From Cladosporium halotolerans (taxonomy: Eukaryota), in the NCBI RefSeq assembly GCF_011745625.1, contig NW_027191456.1:186001-250000 (forward strand): a DNA stretch of 64,000 nt, in the 5' to 3' direction. Each line of letters begins with the position of its first letter. Within the stretch, counting starts at the first letter, position 1. The notes below the pieces were generated by a model that saw only the letters and a program-made list of their open reading frames with translations, made no database searches and was not told the origin of the DNA. This document shows positions 22,311 through 35,100 of the stretch, piece after piece. A program made the translations under genes and the position numbers.

Positions 22311-22748
22311 GTGATATCTGCGGCAGGGAAGAGCATCTCGGGCTATTCTCAGCCCGAAGAGGCTGTGTTTTGGGAAACATTCTACGAGCGAAGGCGTCTG
22401 GCGAACTATTTCATTGGGCACATGCATTTTCTGGCAAGGGGAGAAGATTGTACTGATAAAAGGAAGGGACAACGGAAGCATGCCGACTGGCTATCGGGGA
22501 CTGTGCGAGTCGAAATCGTCAAGGATGTGAAAGAGAAGAAAAAGTGTTTTTCATTCCATGTCGTAGCAGTATTCACTACTCGTTACACCAGCGCATCTGT
22601 GCAATCCGTGATCATCAAGCATAAACCCAAGGAAACAAAGGCCTCGAAAGGAAACTCCACTACGCGCGACTCCCATATCCCCAACCATCGATCTTATCTT
22701 TGTATATCAAAACCTCTCTAGCAGCCGCAAGGGAACTCACTCACTCAC

Positions 22749-25106
22749 TCACGCCTTCGGCTTGCTCTCGAGCTCCGGGCTGCCCACGAGCGCGCCCGTG
22801 CGCGCCGGACGACCAGAGAGCGTGTCGACGGTGCTCGTGAGGCCGAGCCAGAACTCGTTCTTGGGCCTGCGGTCCTTCCAATCCGTCTCCTCGCGCTCGA
22901 TCTTCTCCATGGGCGAGAACTTGACGCGGGCGCCGCGGATGCCGATGACGGCGGAGGAGAGCGGGTTGCTCATGATCTGGTCCTTGGAGCTGCCGAACTG
23001 CTCCTCGAGGTGCTGCAGGGCCTTGATGCCGAAGCGGACGGCGCGCACGCGGTCCATGGGCGAGGGCGTGCCGCCCTGCTGCACGTGGCCGGGCACGGCG
23101 AAGCGGGAGTCGAACTTGCCGCCGGATTCCTCCTTGATGATGTTGGCGATCGTCTCCGTGCTGTAGGTCTTGGAGGCCTTCTCGTTGCGCAGGATGATCT
23201 TGCCGCTGCGCGTGTGGCCCTGGTCTTTCTGGAACTGGTCCTTGAGCAGCTTGATATCCTCCACGAGGGTGTTGAGGCGGATGCCTTCTTCGGGGGTGTA
23301 GACGGCCAGGGCGCCGATCGAGAGGCCAGCGACGGTAGCGATGTACCCGGATGCGCCACCCTGGGTCTCGACGACGAAGACTCTGCGGCGAGACGCCGAG
23401 GCGGACTGGCGGATGGCGTCGCAGTAATCGATGAGGGCGTTAAGGCAGGTGTCCGAGCCAATGGAGTATTCGGTACCGGGCACGTTGTTGGAGACAGTGG
23501 CGGGGATGACGACCATGGGGATCTTGAGGGAGTCGTACTGGGCGCGAGCCTTGCGGAGCTCGGAGACGGCGGTGAAAGCCTCGAAGCCACCGACAACCCA
23601 GAGAGCGTCGAGCTTGTACTTTCCGAAGCAGTGGGCAACGGTCTCCATGTCCTCAGAGGGCAGACCACGGTTGGTACCGATCTCGGAACCACCCTTCGAT
23701 GCCCAGTTCTCAGCCTCCAGCCAAGGAACTTCTCTGACAGAGCTCATTTCGTCATCGTGGTGCCTGATCAGGCCGGGGAAACCATTGTGCAGGGCGACCG
23801 GGGTGTGGCCACGGGTCAGACAGTAAGCGACCGCAGCTCTGGTGGCAGCGTTCATACCACCGGCAGGTGCACCGACGTGGATGAGACCAACGCGCATCTG
23901 CTTCTCCTTGGGAAGCTTGTGGTCATCCTTGTTTGTGGCAGTCATGTAGTTGAAAGCTTGCCAGTACTCGCCGAACTCAGCATCTCTGCCAGCCATGGCA
24001 CCAGCGAAGTCCTTGGCCTCAATCTTCTTGGCCACATCCTTGGTAATCTGGACGGCCTCAATCAGGCCCTTGCGAACAATCTTGTTCTCGTCGATACAGA
24101 TAACCGGCGAGGGAGTCTCGGGGGTAGCCTCGAGGACGGCCTTGACGGCCTCCACACCCTGCAGGGTGGCGAGCATTCTGTCGTAGGCGCAAGCAGTTCC
24201 ACCACGCTGGACGTGGCCGAGAGTGGTGACTCTGGTGTCAAGGCCGACCTTGTTCGAGAGCAGGTCCTTGACCATGTTGGGCGAGATGGCGTTGAGGTCC
24301 CTGTCGTGTGCACCCTCAGCGACAACGACGATGGTCTTTCTCTTTCCAAGCTCTCTGTGCTTGCCCACAATGGAGCACATCTCCTCTTGCCAGTTCTCGC
24401 TAGGGGGGTTCTCGGGGAGGAAGACGAAGTCGGCGCCAGTGGACACACCGGCCATGAGGGCGAGCCAACCGCAGTGTCTGCCCATGACCTCGATGACGAA
24501 GGCACGCTGGTGGGAGAAGGCGGTAGCGTCGATAAAGTCGATAGCCTGGCAAATACGCTGCAGCGAGCTGTAGCAACCAATTGTTGCGTCGGTTGTGCTC
24601 AGATCATTGTCAATGCTGCCGACCAGGCCGACAATGTTCAGGTGCCTGAAAGGCTTGACCTCCTGCTCGGTCCTCATGCCGGAGGACACAAGCTCGTCCA
24701 CCAGGCTGGGCCACTCGCCTCTGAACCTGTCGGCACCAGTGAGAGAGCCGTCACCACCGCAGATAACGAGTGCGTCGATGCCCTTCTCGATCATGTTGTT
24801 GGCGGCGGTCAAACGGCCCTTGCGCTCGTGGAAGGCCATGCAGCGAGCAGTACCAATGAGTGTACCGCCCTCGGACAGCCAGCCACGGACGTCCTCCCAC
24901 TTCATCTCTTTGATCATGTCGCCGCCATCGACGAGGCCTTGGTAGCCCTCATAGACAGCGAAAGCAGTGCAGCCGGAGGCGATGGTCTGCCTGACGACGG
25001 CTCTGACGGCGCCGTTCATGCCGGGCGCGTCACCGCCAGAGGTCATGACCGCAATCTTCTTCTTTCCGTCAGGCATGATGGGCGGTGCGAGGTTGATTTC
25101 GGCCAT
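22749..25106 (-). CDS. pfkA: ATP-dependent 6-phosphofructokinase (785 aa, intronless)
   Basis: [55 protein letters not shown] and a duplicated regulatory half. Confidence 0.98.
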   Translation of the reverse strand: MAEINLAPPIMPDGKKKIAVMTSGGDAPGMNGAVRAVVRQTIASGCTAFAVYEGYQGLVDGGDMIKEMKWEDVRGWLSEGGTLIGTARCMAFHERKGRLTAANNMIEKGIDALVICGGDGSLTGADRFRGEWPSLVDELVSSGMRTEQEVKPFRHLNIVGLVGSIDNDLSTTDATIGCYSSLQRICQAIDFIDATAFSHQRAFVIEVMGRHCGWLALMAGVSTGADFVFLPENPPSENWQEEMCSIVGKHRELGKRKTIVVVAEGAHDRDLNAISPNMVKDLLSNKVGLDTRVTTLGHVQRGGTACAYDRMLATLQGVEAVKAVLEATPETPSPVICIDENKIVRKGLIEAVQITKDVAKKIEAKDFAGAMAGRDAEFGEYWQAFNYMTATNKDDHKLPKEKQMRVGLIHVGAPAGGMNAATRAAVAYCLTRGHTPVALHNGFPGLIRHHDDEMSSVREVPWLEAENWASKGGSEIGTNRGLPSEDMETVAHCFGKYKLDALWVVGGFEAFTAVSELRKARAQYDSLKIPMVVIPATVSNNVPGTEYSIGSDTCLNALIDYCDAIRQSASASRRRVFVVETQGGASGYIATVAGLSIGALAVYTPEEGIRLNTLVEDIKLLKDQFQKDQGHTRSGKIILRNEKASKTYSTETIANIIKEESGGKFDSRFAVPGHVQQGGTPSPMDRVRAVRFGIKALQHLEEQFGSSKDQIMSNPLSSAVIGIRGARVKFSPMEKIEREETDWKDRRPKNEFWLGLTSTVDTLSGRPARTGALVGSPELESKPKA

Positions 25107-26091
25107 GTTGGAGAGCTAAGCGGGCGAGGCGTAAATAATAAATCGAGCTGCTGGCGATCGTCGCGCGGCTGGGTCGTGCAGCGCGGGGTGGGATTGGGCT
25201 TGCTGCAGTGGCGGGCGTGCAGCTGGGCGCGGGCGTGGGAACGGTTGAGGGGGGAATGGGGGAGGGGAGAGTGCAGAAGGAGTATAGGGGGCACACGGAG
25301 GAAGAGTGGTATGTAGGTCAGAGGGCGGTGATGAGTGTTGTCTGGCGCCGGCGAGGGCTGCGACAAAACCAATCGGTGGCATCTGGCCCAACAAGCACTT
25401 TTTCGCCGAAGGGCTCCACTGAGCTCAGACGTCACTGGTCTGTGAAGTCGTGGGGCCACGCGATGAGGGGCGCGGCGGCATTAGTGAATGGATAAGCCGT
25501 TTGGGGCTGTTAACATTGATAGATCTACTGGAGATCCCCCTCTTGGTTACATGCGCATTTGATTGAGCCTCATCAATTACCACCTCAGTAACGTAGCACA
25601 GTACACATCCAAGCGAAACAACGCGCGGGATGCTGCAGGCAGGCTGAGGATTGGCCCCCGGGCTTGGGTCCTCTGCGGCGCTAGTGCAGTGATAGCAGCG
25701 GAACGTCATGGCAGAAAACGTGTCGGTCAGGCGATTCATCGGCAAGCTGAATGCATGAGGCGGCATGTACGCTCGATCCCGCGCGATCCGCCAAATATAG
25801 CGATCTCACAATTGAAAACTTTCACCGCGTGGATAGGTGCCCTGTCGTCTCCAGAGGTATCTGCCCTCACGCTCAAGCTGTGTGACTCCAATGGCGGCCG
25901 GCGTGGCGGGGTAGCTAACGCTCGTCCATGCTCCCACAGATGCGGATCGCCCATGGAGATTGGTAGCGAGAGCCACCAATTTTTGCTTGAGAAATCGCAA
26001 CATTCGCACAGGAACGGACGAGTCGATTCCACCTACCTGGGCGTTCTGTTTTGAAAAGTTGAATGTGTTTTTGCTCTCCTGAATCAAACCC

Positions 26092-27924
26092 CTACGCAAC
26101 CTTCTCCCACCCCTTCCAAAATCCAACCCCAGGCCCTTCCCCTCCAACCTCCCACAACAGCTTCTCCTTCTTCGACATCAACACCAATCGCCCCGCGCCG
26201 CTATCCACCACAATCCAGACGAGCTGCTTTTCATCTCGACCGTCTGGTTCAAACGACAGAACAGCTTCCCTCGGATCCAGGTCCCAATTCTGCTCAGCCC
26301 TCGACCCCAGCGCGGCAGCCAGCAGACTCGCGAGAGCAGCATCCGTAGTCTCGGCCAAGTCTTCAATGGTGTCGAAGTGGAGGTAGCGTTGGTCTGGGAC
26401 GTGAAGTGTGAACGTTGAGCTCATGCTTTGGGTCTGCGCCAGAGACGTCTCCACGTCGATCGTGAGGGCAGTCGCGATTTCTGAGGCAGGAGGTTTGAGT
26501 TCGATGCGTGCTGTTGATGCGAATGTCGTGTTGAGAGCTGTAACGAGCTCTTCTGCGTTAGTGATCTGTGCGCTTTCTGGCAGCTGGAAAGCCGCCTGCG
26601 AGACCGTAATGTCGATTTTGCCCAGCTTGATGATTTCGGTTGCTTTGGTGATGTATGCGTTGACGGCGTCAAGGGAGCTCTTGTGCAGTAAGAAAGATGT
26701 GAGTGGTTTGAGGATAGACATGACGGGCTTCTCTTCCGCGCGCTCTGCCATGGGCGCTGGAAATTCTGATCGCCTCTTCAGCTTGTCGCGGTGTGCTTGC
26801 GAAAGAATGAGTCGAGAACCTAATGCTAAAGCTTGTGCTGTGGCATCGTCTGGATTCGACGCGTTGACCTCGACGCCAGTCTCCTGTTCCAGAGGCACGA
26901 GATCCAAGTGTACTTCGGTGGAGGCGGACTCGTTCATCGTCGCTGTCGGCAAGCGAATAGTTTGCCCTCGCATCGTGACGCCCAAAGATACCATCGCCCG
27001 ACATTCGCGTGTCATTTCGCGGAACAACTCCTCGTCGAAAATGCTGTCCCTCGCGTGCCGTATCCTAGCCTCCAAAGTCGTTTCCGAATCATCTGACACA
27101 GCCGGCAAGTACGATCGTCCAGTAACATTCCCATTCCGTACCACCGTGACCCGCAAGCCTCTCGGCTTTGACCCAAACCCACGTTCCAACGAAATGCTCC
27201 CGTCCGCATTGCTGTGCAGCGCAGCCAGACTCCGCGACGAGAACTCCCCCGCGCTCTCGCTGAAGCCATACCGCACCCCGAGCCTCTTACTCCTCGGAAC
27301 GCGACAAACACTCCAGCCCTTCCCGCTAATCGACAGCATCTGATCCCAGAACTGCGTCTCCCTACGCACATTGTCCTCCAACCTCCTCGCCGCCCCGAGG
27401 ATATCGTCCGCGCTGCGCTGCAGGCTCCTCATCTTGACATTCCGCGCCAGCACCTGGTCCTGCGTCCTCCTCGCCTCGTCCGCGGGCATGCGCGCCCAGA
27501 CGTCGGTGCCCAGCGTCTTGGGCGGCACGCCGTCCTTGAGCGCCTGCGACATGGAGTTCTGGGCCTGCGGCGCGTGCTCGGACTCCAGCAGCGCGACGAA
27601 GTCGAGCGCCATCATGACCTCGTTGTGCGCGACGCCGACCTGCTGCAGCATCTCGAGCTTCGCGCGCTGCAGCTGCTCGCGCGAGACGGGCTGGCCATCT
27701 TTCGGGTGCTGGTTGTCGGCTGGCTCGTCGTCTTGCTCGCCGTCGGACGAGGTGTTTTGGCTGGGCGACAGGGCGCCGTCCGCGGCGATTTCTTCCGCCA
27801 GAGAGGCTTCGGTGATGTTGCGGAAGAGCTGGCCGCGTTCGGCTTGCACGCGCGTGAGGACGTCGATGATGTTGGGCGGTTGGGGCTTGTCCAGCGGCCA
27901 GGGCTGGAAGGAGAGTGGCACCAT
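26092..27924 (-). CDS. MED17: Mediator subunit Med17/Srb4
   Basis: LSFQPWP...RGQLFRNITEASLAEEI, AHNEVMMALDFVALL, ETQFWDQML..GWSV, LGVRYGFSE, IRHARDSIFDEELFREM, all typical of fungal Med17. Confidence 0.88.
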   Translation of the reverse strand: MVPLSFQPWPLDKPQPPNIIDVLTRVQAERGQLFRNITEASLAEEIAADGALSPSQNTSSDGEQDDEPADNQHPKDGQPVSREQLQRAKLEMLQQVGVAHNEVMMALDFVALLESEHAPQAQNSMSQALKDGVPPKTLGTDVWARMPADEARRTQDQVLARNVKMRSLQRSADDILGAARRLEDNVRRETQFWDQMLSISGKGWSVCRVPRSKRLGVRYGFSESAGEFSSRSLAALHSNADGSISLERGFGSKPRGLRVTVVRNGNVTGRSYLPAVSDDSETTLEARIRHARDSIFDEELFREMTRECRAMVSLGVTMRGQTIRLPTATMNESASTEVHLDLVPLEQETGVEVNASNPDDATAQALALGSRLILSQAHRDKLKRRSEFPAPMAERAEEKPVMSILKPLTSFLLHKSSLDAVNAYITKATEIIKLGKIDITVSQAAFQLPESAQITNAEELVTALNTTFASTARIELKPPASEIATALTIDVETSLAQTQSMSSTFTLHVPDQRYLHFDTIEDLAETTDAALASLLAAALGSRAEQNWDLDPREAVLSFEPDGRDEKQLVWIVVDSGAGRLVLMSKKEKLLWEVGGEGPGVGFWKGWEKVA

Positions 27925-28218
27925 AGTGGTTTGATTGTGGCTTGCCGACTCTCGTGACCAACCTTGGTGGGAAAGTCGAAGTGAAGTGGAGTGTTTCGCT
28001 AGCTCGTGCAGCTTGCAGCGTTCTGGAAGCCGTGTTCCTGGCGTGGCTTGCGAGCTGGAGCTTCGCCTGTCCCTCGTGTCACAAGCCGAACTCCGCCCCG
28101 ACCATCACATGCAAGACCCCACGTATACCATACCCGCGAACACTGCTCTGCGTTCTTACACACTGTGCATGAACGATAGTGTATCAAATCTCTCCAATTG
28201 CAACTCAATCACTGCAAA

Positions 28219-29801
28219 ATGACCACCAGGTACCGTGTCGAGTGTATGCCATGTTTTCCACAGCGCCAATGCCTTCACATGACTGACAGATAACGACAGA
28301 TGCGTTGAAGGTAATGTCTACCTCCACGGTCCTTGAGCGTCTTCATGATCGAGACGAATATACTGACGCTAGCCATAGACGCACCGTCGTGATCAGCTCG
28401 TACGTACTCGCGTTTTCATATATCAAATTAGCCTACAGTACAGGGTCTCACACCTCTATAGATCGAATGGGTGAAAGGGCTCCTCGCCGTGCCTTTCGTC
28501 TTGCTCTCCCAACCCACTGCCGTGCATGAAGACTCACGACCAGACGTGGCCACCATGGCCGTCAACGCCCACACGCGCTACTCCCAGATCATGAAGGACG
28601 TCGAAGAGCTCATCCTCGACCACATTGCGCACCAAAACTCAGGCACAGCGCACGCCTCGAAGCTCAAACTGCTCGTTCCCTCCGTAGGCTCCTTCTTTAC
28701 GCCTCTACCAATGCAAGACGCCTTCAACTACCAAGACAGCAAGCGTTGCATCAGCTCACGCCGCTTCGTCCCGCCCAGTTTCAACGACATCCGCCTCGTG
28801 CTCAACACCGCGCAGGCCATGTCTCTAGTACGCAACAGCAAACTCGAGCTCGTTACCTTCGACGGAGACGTCACGCTCTACGACGACGGCGAGTCCCTCA
28901 CGCCCGAGAACCCCGTCATCCCGCGCATCCTCGACCTCCTCCGCAACGGCTCGCGCATCGGCATCGTCACCGCCGCGGGCTACACCGAAGCGCCCAAATA
29001 CTACGAGCGGCTGTACGGCCTCCTCGACGCCGTCGCCGCCAGCGACCTCGCCGAGCAAGCCCGCAACCGCATCGTCGTCATGGGCGGCGAGGCCAACTTC
29101 CTCTTCACGTACACGCCGGACGAGGCGTGCCGGCTGGCGCCCGTGGCGAAGGCCGACTGGCAGCTGCCGGAGATGCAGAGCTGGACGGAGGAGAACGTCA
29201 AGGCGCTGCTGGACGTCGCGGAAGCGGCGCTGAAGGACTGCGTGCACACGATGCAGCTGCCCGTGTCGGTGCTGCGCAAGGAGCGCGCCGTGGGCATCTA
29301 CCCGAGCAAAGGCATCAAGCTGGCGCGCGAGCAGCTGGAGGAGACTGTGCTGGTCACTCAAAGGATCCTTGTACATCGACCTTCGACCCCTTGTTCCCAT
29401 CGGTAGCCCGCTGACCACTTTCTTTTAGGAGCTCTCCGAAGCCGGCAAACGCATCCCCTTCTGCGCATTCAACGGTACGTCGCCTTCCCACCCCTCTCCC
29501 CCTTCCCCCAAACTCCCAACACACTAACCCTCCCCCCACAGGCGGCAACGACATCTTCGTCGACATCGGCGACAAGTCCTGGGGCGTGATGGCGTGCCAG
29601 CGCTACTTCGGCGGGATCGAGGGCGGGCGCTCGCTGCACGTGGGCGACCAGTTCCTGAGCGCGGGCGCGAACGACTTCAAAGCGCGGCTGGCGAGCACGA
29701 CGGCGTGGATCGCGAACCCGGCCGAGACGGTGCTGTTGCTGGATGAGATTGCGGCGATGGGGAGGGAGGAGGGGGAGAGGGTTGCGGGTATGGTTGGGTA
29801 G
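28219..29801 (+). CDS. ISN1: IMP-specific 5'-nucleotidase (HAD family); exons 28219-28243, 28300-28310, 28379-28399, 28462-29370, 29429-29474, 29542-29801
   Basis: Spliced N-terminus MTTRYRVEYALKTHRRDQLIEWVKGLLAVPFVL; motifs RRFVPPSFNDIR, LVTFDGDVTLYDDG, VTAAGY, FCAFNGGNDIFVDIGDKS, LHVGDQF..AGANDFKAR. Confidence 0.95.
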
Positions 29802-30217
29802 TGTAGCGAGATTGGGAGCCGTAGATAGATGCGAGCTACGAGATGAGACGGTCGACTGCATTATTAGTTCTTGAGCTGGGCCTTCTTGCTCGTGTCTTTT
29901 TTTCTCTTTTCTACTGTTCATTTAGCGTCGCGGGCGTTTAATTTTTTATAGGTTGTAGGCTATATCCATGGCTCTGTTTTGCTGCCAGCCCTTCCATGCA
30001 AGCGACATAAGGATAGTTCCTATACCAATGCCAGTTCGTATCTGACTCCTGCCTCATGCATGCCGTTATCACACAACGTTCTTGTCGATCAAGCTTCTTG
30101 TCTTGGCCTGTACGACATCATGGTCGCAACTCATGAAAATCTCCAGGACAGACAACCCTCAACCAACGGAATCCCTCCATTCCGCAGGAGAATACAAGTC
30201 ACCATTCACCAACCCAC

Positions 30218-31480
30218 TTACCGCCCCTCCTTCAGCAACTTCTCGCTCAGCGCCGAAAAAGGCGGCTTGGCCGCGCTCGCCTTCTCCTGATCAAACACCC
30301 ACGCGCCATTCGTCTGATCAATCTCCAGACTCCCATACGGTACCTCCTTGACCAAGCGCTCAAAAGTCGGCAGGGACTTAGCGCGCGTGAAAAAGCGGCG
30401 CTCCCACTCCTTGCCCTCGGCCGCCTCCTGCTTGCGCATGGCGCGCTGCGACTCCTCGATGATGCTCTTCTCGGCGCTGGTGGTGTTCATGTCGCCCTTC
30501 TGGATGGCGGCGGCGACCTTGCGCCAGGCGCGGCGGCTCTCGAGCGGGTCCTGGTCGTCGACGGGCGCGACCTGCAGCTCGGTCTTGGGCTCGGTCTTGG
30601 CGTTGTAGGACTCGACGGTCTCCTTTTTGGCGTTCTTGATCACGAACTTGTCCGTCCACGAGCCCTCGGCGGTGTACAGCACGTCGCTCTTGCTCTTCTC
30701 CTTGCCGTGCGGGAAGACGCTGGCCGCGAGTGTGTTCTTCGCGCCGGACACCCAGCCCTTGCCGCTGTAGTCGATGCGGCTGGTGTAGCCGGAGGAGCCG
30801 ACGATGTAGCTGCTCTTGTTGAGCTCGACGTAGGGGCTGCCAGTGATGAGGCCCTCGATGTGCAGGCTGGGCAGGGTGATGAGGTAGTCTTCGTCGTAGG
30901 CGTCGAGGTGCAGGACGGCGTGGCCGACCTGGCGCACGTTGATAGTGCGGGAGAAGGAGGCCTTCTGGGCGTTGTAGCCCTGCAGGCGCACGCCGTGCTT
31001 CTCGTTCCAGATGCTGTAGGCGGTCACGGGCGGGTGGTGGGAGACTTGCTCGCTGACGAGCTGCGTGACTCCCACGTCGTCGTCCCATCGGCCGAGAAAG
31101 AGCTCGCCCAAGAAGGGGTTGAGGGGTTTCTTCTCGCTGCCCAGCTTTTCGTTGCGCGAGGCGTATTGCTGCTTCAGTGTGCTAAGGAACCACTTGAGAA
31201 CGAGCATGGCGCGCTTCTGAGGGTCCGGTTCGGCGGCGGGTGCGACTAGGAGGCGGGGCATCTCAGCCCAGTAGGCGCTGAACTCGGTGAGGGAAGTTGT
31301 GGAGAGGATGAAGGCGGGTGCGGTCATTGATGAGAGGTCGCCATTGAACGAGGCGATCGACTGCAGACACGGTCAATGATTGGGGACACATGACTAGCAA
31401 TGAACAGGGGTGCATACCTTGAGGAAAGAGGACCAGGAGCCCTTTGCCTGGGGCGGGACAGCGGCTCCCTCTTCGGCCAT
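30218..31480 (-). CDS. KES1: Oxysterol-binding protein homologue Kes1/Osh4; exons 31480-31418 and 31360-30218
   Basis: GSWSSFLK|SIASFNGDLSSMTAPAFILS, EKKPLNPFLGELF and the OSBP signature EQVSHHPP. Confidence 0.95.
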
Positions 31481-32173
31481 GGCTGTGGAAAGTGTACGGT
31501 GGAAGGAGGAGGTGGATCTAGAGAGGCGGCAGAGGGGTGTAGGTTGGCGTGGATGTACTGAAGGAAGTGATTGCGGGTGTGCTGGGGATCGTGAAGGGTG
31601 CGATGGGGGTGACAAGTTGGTTTCGGGCGCCGTAAGGGTCTGGGCAATAACATGAAGTGGGACGACAACTTCCTGCCCCGCGTGTGTCGGTTGGCCCGAC
31701 GTCAAGACGTCATGAGGCTTTCGCTGCCAACAATGCCTGCGCACATCAACCACCAGTCACACGACTTCAGACAGGGCCTTTGCGATTTTCGAGGATTCAC
31801 AGGCTATAGTCGCGGAATGTAGTAGAACCAAAGTCTCGTCGAATTATGCACTATTTTACACACACAGTACGCTAATCGTAGGATCACGTGAACCCCAGAG
31901 CAGAAAGTAGAGAGAACAAACCAACGCCGTCCAATGCTCTCCGGCTGCCATCATACAAACAAAGTCGACTGAGCCCCTGCCGTTCCCACGCTAGGGGACG
32001 GGCAACGCCTTCGCTTGACATTTTTGGAATCCGCCCGCCAGCCCATTCCCGTCCAAATCGATTACTCTCGTCCCCTTGAAGTAATAACATGAAAAAAGAT
32101 CGTGATATGTCAAGCGCCTGTTGTCGAACGCCGACTTTCAGGCCCTGTAGCCTGGGTGCTAGCCTCGAGCGCT

Positions 32174-35100
32174 CTAGGAAGCAGAGCGCATCGGGCTGTT
32201 ATGCGGCATGCGCTCCTGGTGCTGCACGAGCGTCATGAGCATGTTCTCGACCTGCGGATGCGCCTTGATCCACGAGAAGTTCCAGATGTCGTAGGCCGGG
32301 TTCTTGATCAGCTCGAGCATGGTGACCAGAAGACCCCACGGATGCGGGCGCGCCATGCTGAGCCTGTTGACGAAGACGTTCATAAGCGACTGGCGAACGT
32401 CCTCGGACTCGATGGAGAACATGTGCACCAGAGCGGTAGAGAAGTACTGCGTGTGGCCGTTGACGTAGCGCAGCTGGTTTGTCAGAGCGCACAGGAGGAG
32501 GAAGCGCACTTCGGGCCTGGCATCCTTAAGGATGCGCTCAAGGAACTTGGCTGCAGGGGCCGCGGCCGAGAAGACCGTCGAAGTAGCAATCGCGCGAACG
32601 CCAACGTGGAGGATGAGGACATTGACGAGAAGTGCGTCAATGTTCGCGTTCGGCTGCTCGAATGCCGCAAGAATAGCGTCGACCTCATCGAGAGACCCAT
32701 TGAGTGCCTTCTCCACAGACTGGAAAATGCCAGCGTCCTTAAGGATTTTCTCATGGTCCGTATGGACCGGCGGCGCTTGCCTGACTTGCTCAAGCCTGTT
32801 AATCTTCAAGCCACGCTCGAACGGATCCGGCTGCTCGGCAACAACGGCGTGCGTGGCGGCACTGTTAATCAAGTTGTGCAGCTGCGAGATGCGCTCGGGG
32901 ATCATGGCGTTCAGGACGGCGTGGTTCTCGATGAGGAACTCAGGGTAGTCGCGGTGGAGCATCAACATCAGCCTGCAGATACCCGGGTAGAACTCCCTAA
33001 GAGTTCCACTGCCCTCACCTTCGGCGGATGCAAGAGTGAAGAACTTGAAGAGGGCACCGAAGAGCTTAAGAAGAGTCTCCCAGCCTCCGGATGTACGGCC
33101 TTGGGGTTGAATCATGGCCGGGAGGAACAGTCTGTGGGTGATCAAGGTGAGCCAGCCGAAAGAGAAACCCTCGAAGATGCTGGGTTGGATCGTGTAGAAC
33201 GCCGTGCCAAAGGTCTGCAGGATCTCCTTGTGCACCTCCGCGCCGACCTGCTCTCTGAAAGCATGCATCTCACAAAGAAGAGCTGAGAACAGGCGGAAGT
33301 AGACGCGGCTCGGGAAGCGCTCGCCCCGCTTGTAGTACTGGTCCTGGAATACCAGCAGAATCAAGCGCATGATGGCGTTGAAGAATCTCGCCGGAGGAGC
33401 GTGATCGCCCGATTGCGAGCTCTGATACGCGACCATAACGGCGATCAGACGCGCAAAAGCATCGGTCTGGATGTGGGAGTTGTCGATGGTAGCGAAAGGC
33501 ATCGACGAGGCACGCTCGAACGCAGCGATCGACATCTCCAGGCAAGAGCGGAAGAAGTGGGAGGCCTCATCCGTACCATTGAGAATGTGCTTCTGGTGCA
33601 GCTGCTGAACGAAAGCGATCTGTGCCCTCTCCGGAGCGTGCTTGCGCTGCAGATGGATCCACTCCTCGAAGATGTATTCGAACTGATCCTGCTTGTCAGA
33701 GCCAGGCGGGCTGGGCATGCCATTCGGCTGATCAGACGGGAACTGCAGCTTTGAGATGATCTGACGGCCAAGGTTGTTGTCCGGCTCCTCGCTAAGCCAT
33801 TGGCTGAGTGCCTCGTAGCACTGGGTGAAGTCCGAGCGGAAGGCGTTGACAGGGCTGTCACCGAGGATGACCTCCGCGATCAGGTCGTTGAGGAAAGGCA
33901 GTGCTACCTCTCTGCGCTGTCTCATGGCCTTGGCTGCCAACATGTCTATCTGCTCAACATCCATGAGGTGCTCAGTCATCATGGCGACAGTCACAGGCGT
34001 GTTAAAGACCTTGTCATCCTCCAGTGTAGCCAAGAAAGAGGTGACTCCACGAAGAGCGTTGTTGCTAAGCTTGCACAAGGACCACAACAGACGGACAAGC
34101 ACCTCAATCTCCAGACGTTTCTGAGAGTCAGTGTACACGCGCATGAGGGTCTCTTGACCTGCAGCGAGTGCAAGCTGCTCCCTCTGGACGGCGCCGTCAA
34201 TCAGAGCGATAAGCTCCTCAAAGATACGGCGCACAGCGGAAGTATCGGCAATGTCAGAGATGTGGTCTTCACTTGCATCTCTGCATGCCTGTTGAAGGCT
34301 CTCCAAGAGGCCGCGAATGGTCTGGCCGATGTTCTGCGCCTCAGCGAAGCCATTAACTTGCTGTTGGCTGCCAGGAACCTGCATCTGCATACGCTGCTGT
34401 TGCGGTGTAGCGCGTGGCATGGCCGGCACCTCAGCAGGAGTAGGCATGCTAGGCAGGTAGTTTTCGTTGAGCACATCGCCAATTTGGCGCGTAGCATCGG
34501 CAACACCAGGAGTGGCCTGCGAGGATGGTGCGAGACGGGCTTGACGGCCAAAGTTCTCGTAGATGGCGAGCTGCTGCCTGTTGAGACCACCAAGCTCCTG
34601 ACTGAACGGGGCAGGAATCAACTGAGACCACCTGGTCAGCGGCGGGTTGTTAAACGGCTCGTTTGGCCTCTGCTCATTGTGTTGCTTGCGCAGCTCGACA
34701 GCCTGCTGCAGCTGAGCATCAGACTCTGAGAGGGAGTGCTCCTCCGCAGCTTGCTCGACCAGGCTGCACACCGTGTCAATGTTGTCGTTGACAAACATCA
34801 GGATTTGGCCTTCCGGAAGTTGACCGGGTAGGTTGTTGGAAGCGAGGATGCGGATGTTGTTCATGATGCTCATCCTCAGCGGTTCCTTGCAGGTGACCAA
34901 AGCAAGGCTGCCTGACAGACTCTTGACCATGGTGTGCGCACCATTTCTCATCTTCTCGACATCGCTCTCGGCCGCAAAGTCCTTCTGGATCAGCTCCGCA
35001 GTAGAGATGGCAGCAATAGTGACCGAACGCTCAACCACGGGTGCGATGATCTCATAGATGGCTTGTTGAGCAGCCTGGACGAAGATGCTGCGCAGCTGGG

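Noticed and set aside
22735..22752. (GAGT)n run at the PFK stop resembling tandem splice donors or a cryptic PTS1 isoform
   Set aside because: No convincing downstream branch point/acceptor, no TGA-CTA readthrough context and no PTS1 extension. It is a short microsatellite.
23010..25316. 768-aa antisense ORF over PFK (similar ones over eIF3c, NOT1, TRM1 and others)
   Set aside because: It mirrors the codon frame of a highly biased GC3-rich gene, where antisense stops are rare. No recognisable protein.
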